Below are positions 1 to 7,698 of a DNA stretch of 16,955 nucleotides, one piece after another; position 1 is the first letter of the stretch; each line of letters opens with the position of its first letter. Position numbers and translations under genes: made by a program. The stretch is taken from positions 1 through 16,955 of the forward strand of contig JBHLPH010000033.1 of NCBI GenBank assembly GCA_048939625.1, read 5' to 3'. This DNA is from Promethearchaeota archaeon. Lineage in GTDB: Archaea; Asgardarchaeota; Hermodarchaeia; Hermodarchaeales; Hermodarchaeaceae. Below the pieces are notes generated by a model. That model was given only the letters and a program-made list of their open reading frames with translations. It was not told the DNA's origin and ran no database searches.

Positions 1-369
1 CAGGGCATCAGCATGGTATGTGATAACCAGAGGAATATGGGTGAGTTGACTGGCTGTAGCTGCGATATCGACAGTCAGGGGTGAGTTGATATGCGCATGG
101 AAAATATCGACTCGATCACGCAGGAGTGCAGGTAACAAACCGGGAAGGACCGGGTAATTGAAAGGGCGAGCGATGGCTCGGAATCTTCGGATTTGGATGC
201 CGTGATAATTTTCAGTGCTAGGTGTGTTTGGGAGTTGCGTTGTGAAGACTTTGACGGTGTGTCCGGCATCGACCAACCCTTTTGCGAGGTTGAAGGCGTA
301 AGTTTCGATGCCCCCGACGACAGGGTGAAAGTCATGGACGACCTGTGTGATGTGTAATGGACGTGGCAC
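1..369 (-). CDS. Glycosyltransferase family 4 (GT-B), N-terminal part; runs off the left edge; absent from the ORF track
   Basis: Manual translation from GTG at 369 is open to base 1: MPRPLHITQVVHDFHPVVGGIETYAFNLAKGLVDAGHTVKVFT...RVDIFHAH...IPLVITYH. It has the GT4 N-terminal motifs P-x-x-GG, GHxV, DIxHAH and PxVxTxH. A G-rich SD-like stretch lies upstream. Confidence 0.9.
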   Translation of the reverse strand, partial: MPRPLHITQVVHDFHPVVGGIETYAFNLAKGLVDAGHTVKVFTTQLPNTPSTENYHGIQIRRFRAIARPFNYPVLPGLLPALLRDRVDIFHAHINSPLTVDIAATASQLTHIPLVITYHADAL

Positions 370-387
370 TCCCTGTCCCCCTTTTTG

Positions 388-891
388 CTAGGGTCCTGTG
401 ACGTTCATGGGGAGATGGACCCATAAGCCGCGACCTAAGGCATCGCGAATCCAGACGATTTCATTGGTGTTGGGATCGTAGTGCCAGAGTTCGAAGGTGA
501 GTCGATAATTGATACCAGGAGTCGTCATGTTGAGGGTAACTGGGAAGCGCCAAGTGCCTCCATTAGCGACAAGCCTTTCGAACTGCTGCAGCGTGGGAGC
601 TGTGGAGGGAGTGGTGGTGGTAGTCATGGTGGTTTCATCGGCGAGTTTCATTCGGACATAGAAGTATTGGACTACGCCCATGTAATTAGAGACTTCGATG
701 TTGAGGGTGATGTTAGTATTAGCGGTGACGTTAGTGGGATAGGGTCCGGCTTGCATGGATTCGTTGAGGAGAGCAATTGAAGGGGTGTACTCAGCCGGGG
801 GGAGTAACCAAACGGAGACGAGAAGGGTTCCGGAGGCGAGGACGATGCCAAACATGAGGATGGTGAGGATCGTTTGTGTATATTTTCTCAT
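388..891 (-). CDS. Membrane-anchored protein resembling the C-terminal extracellular domain of DUF1616
   Basis: One N-terminal TM helix, then Y-x-x-x-IALL...YPTNV, EVSNYMG, YRLTFELW and WVHL segments like the DUF1616 C-terminal beta domain. Five N-x-S/T sequons and a Thr-rich tract. Confidence 0.65.
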   Translation of the reverse strand: MRKYTQTILTILMFGIVLASGTLLVSVWLLPPAEYTPSIALLNESMQAGPYPTNVTANTNITLNIEVSNYMGVVQYFYVRMKLADETTMTTTTTPSTAPTLQQFERLVANGGTWRFPVTLNMTTPGINYRLTFELWHYDPNTNEIVWIRDALGRGLWVHLPMNVTGP

Positions 892-1439
892 GATGTCTCC
901 TCCTGTTCATCGTCGGGGAGCCGAATTTCCATGCGAAGGAATTCTCGTCGACGTTTTTTGCGGTACTGTGCCAACTGCGTCACGACAAAGTAACTGGTAG
1001 GTAACGAAATCAACACCACGGCCACGACAACTACAATGAGTGATTGCGTCTGGGCGTTGGTGGTGAAACCTCGAAGCTGCGCTTCAGTGCTGACCGTTTG
1101 TGCCGTGGTTGCAGCGCCATCCGCCAAGGTGATAGCTGTGGAATAATCGGTCTGATTGTAAGCTTGCCGGGCTTGATTTAACTCAAAAATCGCATCGTTC
1201 AGTGTGCTAATCAAATCAGTGATTTCTGATCCAGCAGCATCAGCGAATGCTAAATTGAGGTAAGCGGTATTGATGTCAGCTTGTGCATCATCAATGGCTT
1301 GTTGAGCTTGATTTTGGGAGGGTTGGGTATACGACAGGCTAGGGTATGAATTAGCATTTTGAAGGGTGCTGCCGATGACGCATAAACTCAGAAAGAGAAA
1401 GGAGAATGTGAATAGCTGAAGAAAGTGCTTGCGTTGCAT
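888..1439 (-). CDS. Hypothetical type I membrane protein
   Basis: N-terminal signal-like hydrophobic stretch, Ala/Gln-rich helical ectodomain, C-terminal TM helix followed by RKKRRR. Its stop overlaps the next start (ATGA coupling). Confidence 0.75.
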   Translation of the reverse strand: MQRKHFLQLFTFSFLFLSLCVIGSTLQNANSYPSLSYTQPSQNQAQQAIDDAQADINTAYLNLAFADAAGSEITDLISTLNDAIFELNQARQAYNQTDYSTAITLADGAATTAQTVSTEAQLRGFTTNAQTQSLIVVVVAVVLISLPTSYFVVTQLAQYRKKRRREFLRMEIRLPDDEQEETS

Positions 1440-1463
1440 AGGCGTCGAAACAATAGGGGACTC

Positions 1464-1480
1464 AAAGGTTAAAAGAATCT
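1464..1480. promoter_or_regulatory. BRE/TATA-like element in a short divergent intergenic region
   Basis: AAAGGTTAAAA on +, AAAGATTCTTTTAA on -. The same 11-mer precedes eL20 (12694-12704, minus). Confidence 0.5.
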
Positions 1481-1511
1481 TTGCTTAATGGTCCGACGGG
1501 ACGGACATCTT

Positions 1512-2135
1512 ATGCTGCTACGTGAAAAGGATACTTATGTTCCTGAAACCGTTCGCGAGTTGATTCTTGATGCATTACGTAGTCGACGGTTCTCAACAGT
1601 ACAAGAAGTCGTCCAAGAATTACAGGGTAAAGGCGTTCCCGAAGACATCACGATGCGGATGATAAGGGATCTGGCGAACGAGGGGAAAGTACTGCTAAAC
1701 CTTCCTGGCGCTCGAGAAGAAACGGTGATGACGCCGGTATCCGGAATCCCCGCATATTTACGAAGTATGTTAGCACTCGATTTGTGGCTAACACTAATTC
1801 TGTTGATCTTGGGTCTCAGTACCACCTTATTGATCCCTGTGGAACTATACCCGTTGGTTATCCTACGCTGGGTTTTCGGTGGTTTATTGTTGGTATTTGT
1901 TCCCGGGTTTGCTTTTATCCGAGCCCTCTTTCCCTTTGAACGATATATCGACCGCTGGGAAAGACTTGCCTTGTCCTGTGGTCTTAGTATAGCACTAGCA
2001 GTATTGGTCGCCTTTGGACTGAACTTTACCCCATGGGGGATTACACTGGTTCCCACCGCAGCAGTGCTTGCAAGTATTAGCATTATCTGCATCTTGATTG
2101 CCACAATACGTCGGGCACGTGTCCTAATTGCCTAA
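1512..2135 (+). CDS. DUF1616-like multi-TM protein with an N-terminal putative winged-helix domain (alternative start 1488)
   Basis: LRWVFGGLLLVFVPGFAFIRALFP and ERLALSCGLSIAL...LNFTPWGI match the DUF1616 membrane region. ATG 1512 fits the TATA-like box at ~1468-1474 better than 1488. Confidence 0.75.
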   Translation: MLLREKDTYVPETVRELILDALRSRRFSTVQEVVQELQGKGVPEDITMRMIRDLANEGKVLLNLPGAREETVMTPVSGIPAYLRSMLALDLWLTLILLILGLSTTLLIPVELYPLVILRWVFGGLLLVFVPGFAFIRALFPFERYIDRWERLALSCGLSIALAVLVAFGLNFTPWGITLVPTAAVLASISIICILIATIRRARVLIA

Positions 2136-2145
2136 ACGTTGGGAC

Positions 2146-3216
2146 TTACAGGATAGGTAGGTTCTTCACGAAACAATGAGGTGCCTTGCAGTTTTTTTCT
2201 ATTCGATATTCAGGGCAGATGAGTGCACCGGGGGGGATTATAGCCCCGGAGTCTATTATCGCTTTATCCCCCACAATCGTGTAAGATTCTAGCCGGATAT
2301 CCTTTCCAATAATAGCGCCTTGACCAACAATTGAATGGTCAATAATTACACCTTGTTCGATGATAACATCATCAAAGATTACAGAGTTAGAGATTCGTGA
2401 ATGGGTTCCAATGGTTACCCGGTTGCCAATGGTGACATCCGGTTCGACTGTTACCTCAGTGGCGATTGTTGTGTCTGAACCGAGATATGGAGTTTTGTGA
2501 AGAGCTGTACGGAGGGCATGATGGGCTTCAAGAAAGGATAGGGGAGTACCTGTGTCAATCCACAGTCCATGATGTTCCCACCCAAAAACTGGTGATTTTT
2601 TACAAAGAAGTGGAAACACATCGTATTCGAGAGAGGCTGTTTGGTTGGGAGAGATGTAATCTAACACTGTGGGCTCGAGTACGTAACATCCCGCATTAAT
2701 CAAGTTGGTTGGAGCGTGGTCTGGATCTGGTTTTTCAATAAACTGGTGGATGCGTCCATTTGAAGCAATATCGACAACACCAAATCGAGTGGGATCTTCA
2801 ACTCTGTAGAGAGCAAGTGTTGCTGTGGCTTGGTGCTCTCGGTGATATTGTAACAGATGATGGAAGGGTAGATCTGAGACGATGTCACCATTCACTACAA
2901 GAAATGGAGCATCATCAGGGAGATAAGATTCAGCGAGTTTAATGGCACCTGCCGTTCCGAGTGGACGCTTTTCAATCGAATAGTGTATAGTGAGATCGTG
3001 TTTAGCACCATCGCTGAGATAGTCTTGGATTGCGGAGCCATTGGAACCGGTTGCAAGAATTATTTCAGTTATCCCCACTTGTTGGAGCTGCTTCAGGATG
3101 TAGCCAACAAGGGTTGAATCAGCTAAGGGAAGGAGTTGTTTGGGGCGACTGCAGGTGAGGGGGCGAAGGCGGATACCATATCCCCCTGCAAGTATCACGG
3201 CAATCATGGAGTGCAT
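2146..3216 (-). CDS. NDP-sugar pyrophosphorylase, probably mannose-1-phosphate guanylyltransferase (GMPP type) with C-terminal left-handed beta-helix
   Basis: ILAGGYGIRLRPLT..RPK, EKRPLGTAG, NGD, FIEKP, INAGCY, SLEYDVFP and WIDTG motifs, plus hexapeptide repeats. The start may be ATG 3207. Confidence 0.85.
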   Translation of the reverse strand: MHSMIAVILAGGYGIRLRPLTCSRPKQLLPLADSTLVGYILKQLQQVGITEIILATGSNGSAIQDYLSDGAKHDLTIHYSIEKRPLGTAGAIKLAESYLPDDAPFLVVNGDIVSDLPFHHLLQYHREHQATATLALYRVEDPTRFGVVDIASNGRIHQFIEKPDPDHAPTNLINAGCYVLEPTVLDYISPNQTASLEYDVFPLLCKKSPVFGWEHHGLWIDTGTPLSFLEAHHALRTALHKTPYLGSDTTIATEVTVEPDVTIGNRVTIGTHSRISNSVIFDDVIIEQGVIIDHSIVGQGAIIGKDIRLESYTIVGDKAIIDSGAIIPPGALICPEYRIEKNCKAPHCFVKNLPIL

Positions 3217-3357
3217 ATCCTGAGTTTTTTTGAGCCATAAGTATTTATGTGGACGTTGAGTCTTCTTTTCTATAGTTGGGGCTGCTTGTGGGTAAGACTT
3301 AAGAACAAAGCCTTATCAAGGCAGTCGCAGATTCCCTACTATAAGGGGTAACCAATT

Positions 3358-3705
3358 ATGGCACGAGATAAAGTCTATGGTTTCCTCATTCTCCTCTTCG
3401 CGATTCTAGTTCTTCTCTATTACACCTATTGGGCTCTCATCTATCCCTTCATGTTTTACAGCGTGTATACAACTATTACTGGTCCACCTGTAACTCATCC
3501 ATGGTGGCCATTCTTTGCCTGGATTCCACAACTGGGCTATGTTCCAGTTCTGTGGGAGCCCTATTGGGCTGTAGCAATTCCGGTGTGGCTGGCGATTGTG
3601 CTCGTACTCTTCATTGTGGCTTGGATTGGTTGGACAATGCTAACAACTCCACCCCCGATTCCCCTTGAAGAAATCGAGGAAGAAGAGGAAGCTAAAGAAG
3701 AGTAA
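3358..3705 (+). CDS. Two-TM small membrane protein, DPM2/PIG-P-like
   Basis: DKVYGF, YYTYWALIYPF, YWAVAIP and MLTTPP resemble recalled DPM2 and PIG-P motifs. Acidic C-terminal tail. SD-like AGGGGT upstream. The CDS is secure; the family call is by eye. Confidence 0.65.
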   Translation: MARDKVYGFLILLFAILVLLYYTYWALIYPFMFYSVYTTITGPPVTHPWWPFFAWIPQLGYVPVLWEPYWAVAIPVWLAIVLVLFIVAWIGWTMLTTPPPIPLEEIEEEEEAKEE

Positions 3706-3727
3706 ACAGCATCCCGTCAACATCGGC

Positions 3728-3762
3728 TGTCTCCCTTTACGGGGGACAACCTTTCTTTTTTT
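3728..3762 (+). terminator. Stem-loop plus T-tract, probable terminator
   Basis: TGTCTCCC-TTTAC-GGGGGACA (8 bp with one G-U) followed by TTTCTTTTTTT, between convergent genes. Confidence 0.6.
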
Positions 3763-3792
3763 AATTTCTAAAAGTCAAGGTAATTTTGTATT

Positions 3793-4026
3793 CTATGCCT
3801 CGGGTGGTTGATCCCCTGCTAACACTTCTCGCCATAATTCGAGGCTTTCTTCTGCTTCCTTTTGATCCATCTTTTGAATGGCATAACCTGTGTGAACGAT
3901 GACATAATCTCCAGGATTGAGTTTTTCCAGAAGAGCGATTGATACTGAACGTTTGACGCCACCAAAATCAACAATGGCAGTACTGCCTTTGACGCTGACG
4001 ACTTGAGCGGGAATTGCGAGGCACAT
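3793..4026 (-). CDS. hypC: [NiFe]-hydrogenase maturation chaperone HypC/HupF
   Basis: N-terminal MCLAIPA and GDYVIVHTGYAI signature; 77 aa; SD GGTGA. Confidence 0.96.
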   Translation of the reverse strand: MCLAIPAQVVSVKGSTAIVDFGGVKRSVSIALLEKLNPGDYVIVHTGYAIQKMDQKEAEESLELWREVLAGDQPPEA

Positions 4027-4108
4027 GAAGAGTCACCTAATATTTTTTTGTGTATAAGAAGTGGAATCGGATGCTTCTTAAGCCTTCCCGCATTGCTAGA
4101 AGAATAGT

Positions 4109-5074
4109 GTGGTCAGAGTGACAACTCCTGATGCCGAACGCCTAGCAAAGGAGTACGGATACAAGACGTTCATGATCGAGCGGTACTTGGCACTCTTTGG
4201 TGAGGAAACCGAACAATTTCTTCAGGGGAATGACCGAATTTTACCAAAGACTATTCGAGTAAATACGCTGGCTACAACAATCCAGAAGGAAACACAGCGG
4301 TTACAGGCAAAGGGATTCAAATTTGAATCCATTCCAGGTTTACCTTATGCCTTTCACGTCCTCGAAGCGCCTCTAACTTTAGGTGCCACAACAGAGTATC
4401 TATTAGGGCATTACATGCTTCAAAGTCCCGCGTCCATGTGGGCAGTAGAAACCATGGATCCACGTGACAAGCGTATGGTGGTGGATATGTGTGCCGCGCC
4501 AGGAGGTAAAACCACCCTCATCTCCCAATTAATGAACAATCAAGGTGCCATAATGGCTACGGATATTAGTCGAAATCGCATTCGGAGCCTTCGATCAAAT
4601 CTCTCGCGCATGCGCGTTGAAAACGCTTTTGTGATACGCATGGATGCCGCCCGATTACCAGCGATGGGCATTCAGGCGGAAGCAATTCTATTAGACGCCC
4701 CCTGTACTGGTGAGGGGTTAATTCCGTTGGACCCCTCCCGAAAACAGAGTCGTACCCCTCAGGATGTTGAGACGATGGCAAATGTTCAGCAGAAGCTGAT
4801 TCTTGCTGGATCACAATTACTCCGAGAGGGGGGAACTTTGATTTATTCTACCTGTTCTTTTGCTCCGGAGGAAAATGAAGAAATTATTGACTATGCGTTA
4901 CAGCAGTGCCCGTTAAAAATCATCGAGACTGGATTGCCCATTGGTGAACCGGGATTTACTTCGTTTTTTGGTTGTGAAGTCGATGAGAGCTTGCAATTAG
5001 CTCGACGATTCTATCCTCATAAACATGAGATGGAGGGATTCTTTATTTGCAAAATGGTAAAACTCGCCGCTTAA
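4109..5074 (+). CDS. NOL1/NOP2/Sun family RNA cytosine-C5 methyltransferase
   Basis: IRVNTL, DMCAAPGGKT, LLDAPCTGEG, YSTCS and EGFFI motifs; both conserved cysteines present. Confidence 0.95.
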   Translation: MVRVTTPDAERLAKEYGYKTFMIERYLALFGEETEQFLQGNDRILPKTIRVNTLATTIQKETQRLQAKGFKFESIPGLPYAFHVLEAPLTLGATTEYLLGHYMLQSPASMWAVETMDPRDKRMVVDMCAAPGGKTTLISQLMNNQGAIMATDISRNRIRSLRSNLSRMRVENAFVIRMDAARLPAMGIQAEAILLDAPCTGEGLIPLDPSRKQSRTPQDVETMANVQQKLILAGSQLLREGGTLIYSTCSFAPEENEEIIDYALQQCPLKIIETGLPIGEPGFTSFFGCEVDESLQLARRFYPHKHEMEGFFICKMVKLAA

Positions 5075-5589
5075 CTTATGCTCTGGCTAATACAAGGGAA
5101 ATCCAGATCATTCAGAAGGGAATAGCTGCCTACATCCCTGAGGATGTTGTCCAAGAATTGATTAAAGGAAAACACCTCATTATTGGGAAAGGGCGCCGGT
5201 ATGAAGTGTTTCTAATTTCTGACCCCTTATGGGAGCTGTTTCAGAGTGTGAAACCCCAGCATCCATATTTCATCGGGGTATTTCTGGGTGAACTGAAGGG
5301 ACACGAGTTTCAACCCAGTCTTCATATCCTCCAGCGCTTGGCAGACAATGCAAGACCAGGAGTAAAAATCATTGTATCGGCTTCAGGGGAACAACGCTTT
5401 CTTTATGGCCACTCTATAGATGCTCTCGAGTTTGCTACAGATGCACCTTCATCGGAAGGGAAGAAAACGGTCATTGTTGTAAACAAGGAAGAAGACGGGC
5501 TAGGGTATGGTTCCGTCGAAATACTCCCGGAAAGAACCACGCTAAAAAACCAACTCGATTTAGGATGGTACTTACGCCGAGGACAATAA
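5047..5589 (+). CDS. Nip7-like ribosome biogenesis protein (PUA domain)
   Basis: PYFIGVFLGE, GEQRFLYG, LGYG and C-terminal DLGWYLRRG. TTG start preceded by GGAGG at 5032-5036 inside the upstream gene. Confidence 0.85.
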   Translation: MQNGKTRRLTYALANTREIQIIQKGIAAYIPEDVVQELIKGKHLIIGKGRRYEVFLISDPLWELFQSVKPQHPYFIGVFLGELKGHEFQPSLHILQRLADNARPGVKIIVSASGEQRFLYGHSIDALEFATDAPSSEGKKTVIVVNKEEDGLGYGSVEILPERTTLKNQLDLGWYLRRGQ

Positions 5590-5672
5590 GATACTTTTTC
5601 AACACCTAATCTGGACTAGCTTAGATAAGAATGATAAGCGAAGAAAGGTTGAGCAGGTGCCCCTGGTATTGC

Positions 5673-5978
5673 TTAGCCAAAGAGGGCGCCGAGCCCAGCT
5701 ACTTCTTCAGGCTTTTCTTCCTCTTCCTTCTTAGGCTTCTCTTCTTTGGGCTTTGCCTCAGCAGGTGCTTCTGCAGCAGCTGCAGCTACGGGAGCAGCAG
5801 CAACGGGGACAGCTTTGACAGCTTCGTCAATGTCGATGTCCTTGAGTGTTGCAACGAGAGCTTTGATCCGACCTTCATCGGGTGTGACGCCTGCGGCTTC
5901 GAGCACCTTGGTTAGACCAGATGCGGAGACTTTTTTGCCCGCTTTGTGAAGGAGCATTGCACTGTATATGTATTCCAT
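5673..5978 (-). CDS. rpl12: 50S ribosomal stalk protein P1 (L12p)
   Basis: [11 protein letters not shown] start, Ala-rich hinge, acidic tail ending GLGALFG. Confidence 0.98.
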   Translation of the reverse strand: MEYIYSAMLLHKAGKKVSASGLTKVLEAAGVTPDEGRIKALVATLKDIDIDEAVKAVPVAAAPVAAAAAEAPAEAKPKEEKPKKEEEEKPEEVAGLGALFG

Positions 5979-6052
5979 TTTGTGTTCGTCCTCCGTGTTT
6001 CGTGGGGAAGACAGGGGCGTTACCTGTGAGAGGGAACGCTTCAGTTGAGGCG

Positions 6053-6066
6053 TATTTTAATCTTTT
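6053..6066 (-). promoter_or_regulatory. Internal BRE/TATA-like promoter for P1
   Basis: AAAAGATTAAAATA on minus, in the 108-nt gap between P0 and P1. Confidence 0.5.
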
Positions 6067-6086
6067 GTCTTTTCGTTACGCCATGG

Positions 6087-7016
6087 TTAGTTGGGTAAAG
6101 CGTCTGGATTCTTGTTCCGGACGGCTTGAGCCAAGGCTGCGGCACTTTGTTCAGCCTGGGCAAGGATTTGATTGGTTGTTTCATCGGTGGGAATAGCGGC
6201 GAAGAGAGAGAGGCTCCGAGCCTCTTGTGCCGCTTGCTGTAACAAGAATGGCACAGTGTCTGCACTGACATAGCTCATCGTCAGAGCGAGAGCAAGGCTT
6301 TCTTGGGCAGCGGTGGTGAGTTGATCGACGACATCACCGCGCGAAATTGCAAAGACATCCGCAGAGAGAATGACGCCATTATCATAAGCTACTATAAGTT
6401 GGAGAAAGATTTCGTAGGGTTCCATTCCAAGACGAGACATGACTAGGGCTTGTTCACGTGTGACAGTTTCTCCGGCTTTAACAACAACGTGATCCTGAGT
6501 AATCCAAATGGATCCGCCTTGAATTCGAGTTTTTAGACCCACCTGCCCAAGCTCTGAGATGAGGGGACCTGGTGGGAAGCCCGTGTTACCCGCTTCAATG
6601 ATGATATCTTCGGGAGCTACCGTTCCAACCTTGGCAGGGGCCTTGGCTTTGTTTTGTTGTAAAAGGTCACTGAGTTCAAAGGGGCTGATGTCAGAGAAGG
6701 CAAAGGCACTGGAGCCTTCGATGAAAGGAATGAGTTTTTCTAAGTTCTTTTTCTTCGTCGCAGCTTGTTCGATGGCCCGAATCATGAGCGTGTTCCGAGA
6801 CATGTGGATCTTTGCGGTATCCCGTAGCACCTTCTTGATGGCCTGAAATTGCTTTGAACCGATTTGTTCCGTGCGGAGCAGCGAGATGTAATCATACTTT
6901 TCGAGAAGGGAAACTAGATGTGCAACCTCATCGAGTTTGGTTTGCGGAACTGGCCGTCCTTTGCTTGTGTGAGGTCTCTCGTCAGCGACTGGGGTTTGTT
7001 GTCCTGAGCTCATCAT
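6087..7016 (-). CDS. rplP0: 50S ribosomal protein uL10/P0
   Basis: RNTL, APAKVG..APEDI and NTGFPPGPLISELGQVG motifs; repeated C-terminal helices; SD GGTGA. Confidence 0.97.
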   Translation of the reverse strand: MMSSGQQTPVADERPHTSKGRPVPQTKLDEVAHLVSLLEKYDYISLLRTEQIGSKQFQAIKKVLRDTAKIHMSRNTLMIRAIEQAATKKKNLEKLIPFIEGSSAFAFSDISPFELSDLLQQNKAKAPAKVGTVAPEDIIIEAGNTGFPPGPLISELGQVGLKTRIQGGSIWITQDHVVVKAGETVTREQALVMSRLGMEPYEIFLQLIVAYDNGVILSADVFAISRGDVVDQLTTAAQESLALALTMSYVSADTVPFLLQQAAQEARSLSLFAAIPTDETTNQILAQAEQSAAALAQAVRNKNPDALPN

Positions 7017-7027
7017 GATTCACCGTC

Positions 7028-7681
7028 TCATGCTATTTCGATTTGAATAGGAGGACCCATAGTGGTCTTGGTAAAGATTTTGTCGATGTTATGGAAGCCA
7101 CGTTCTAGATTCGATTCAAGGGTTTTCACGACTGCTTCGATATTCTCTGCAATCAGTTTAGGCTTCATGGTGCGTTTTCCGACCTTAGCTTGAACTACTA
7201 AGTTTTTGCGCATTCGAAGCTTGACAGATGATGAGAATTCGGAAAGAAGTTTTCCAACATCCGTGTCTGGGGCAACGGGTCGGGGCATTTTGCCACGAGG
7301 ACCAAGAAAGGGTCCAAGGACACGACCAACCAGGGGCATTAGATCCGCTTGGGCAATGAAGAAATCCATCTCTTCGGCTATGGCTTTGGCTGCATCCTTA
7401 TCGGCATCTAATTGCTCAATTTCCTGAGGTTCTAGTACACGGGCAGCTCCGGAATCACGGGCTTTAAACGCAAAGTTACCTGAGCCAATAATGGCGACTT
7501 TGACTCCTTCTCCAGTACTGTGGGGAAGGGTGACATCCACATTGAGCTGTTTGCCGCCTTTTTTGAGGTCAATGCCTTTGAGGTTCACAATGACTTCCAT
7601 GGCTTCCTCGAATTTACGTTTCTTCGACTTGGATTGAGCTTCGCTGACCGCTGTAACTATGTTTTCTAGTTTCAATGACAT
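7028..7681 (-). CDS. rpl1: 50S ribosomal protein uL1
   Basis: KRKFEE, LGPRGKMP and KTTMGP. ATG 7681 follows SD GGTGA. Confidence 0.97.
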   Translation of the reverse strand: MSLKLENIVTAVSEAQSKSKKRKFEEAMEVIVNLKGIDLKKGGKQLNVDVTLPHSTGEGVKVAIIGSGNFAFKARDSGAARVLEPQEIEQLDADKDAAKAIAEEMDFFIAQADLMPLVGRVLGPFLGPRGKMPRPVAPDTDVGKLLSEFSSSVKLRMRKNLVVQAKVGKRTMKPKLIAENIEAVVKTLESNLERGFHNIDKIFTKTTMGPPIQIEIA

Positions 7682-7698
7682 CGTTGTATTCACCTTAG

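Noticed and set aside
75-335. 86-aa minus-strand ORF in the track
   Set aside because: Alternate frame of the real GT4 gene (1-369).
1535-2104. 189-aa antisense ORF
   Set aside because: Shadow of the hydrophobic DUF1616-like gene; no recognisable motifs.
5047-5074. Programmed -1 frameshift fusing the Nop2-like and Nip7-like genes
   Set aside because: No canonical slippery heptamer; a TTG start with upstream GGAGG explains the overlap.
6041-6271. 76-aa ORF as a frameshifted P0 tail
   Set aside because: It encodes a basic peptide with no acidic tract or GLGALFG.
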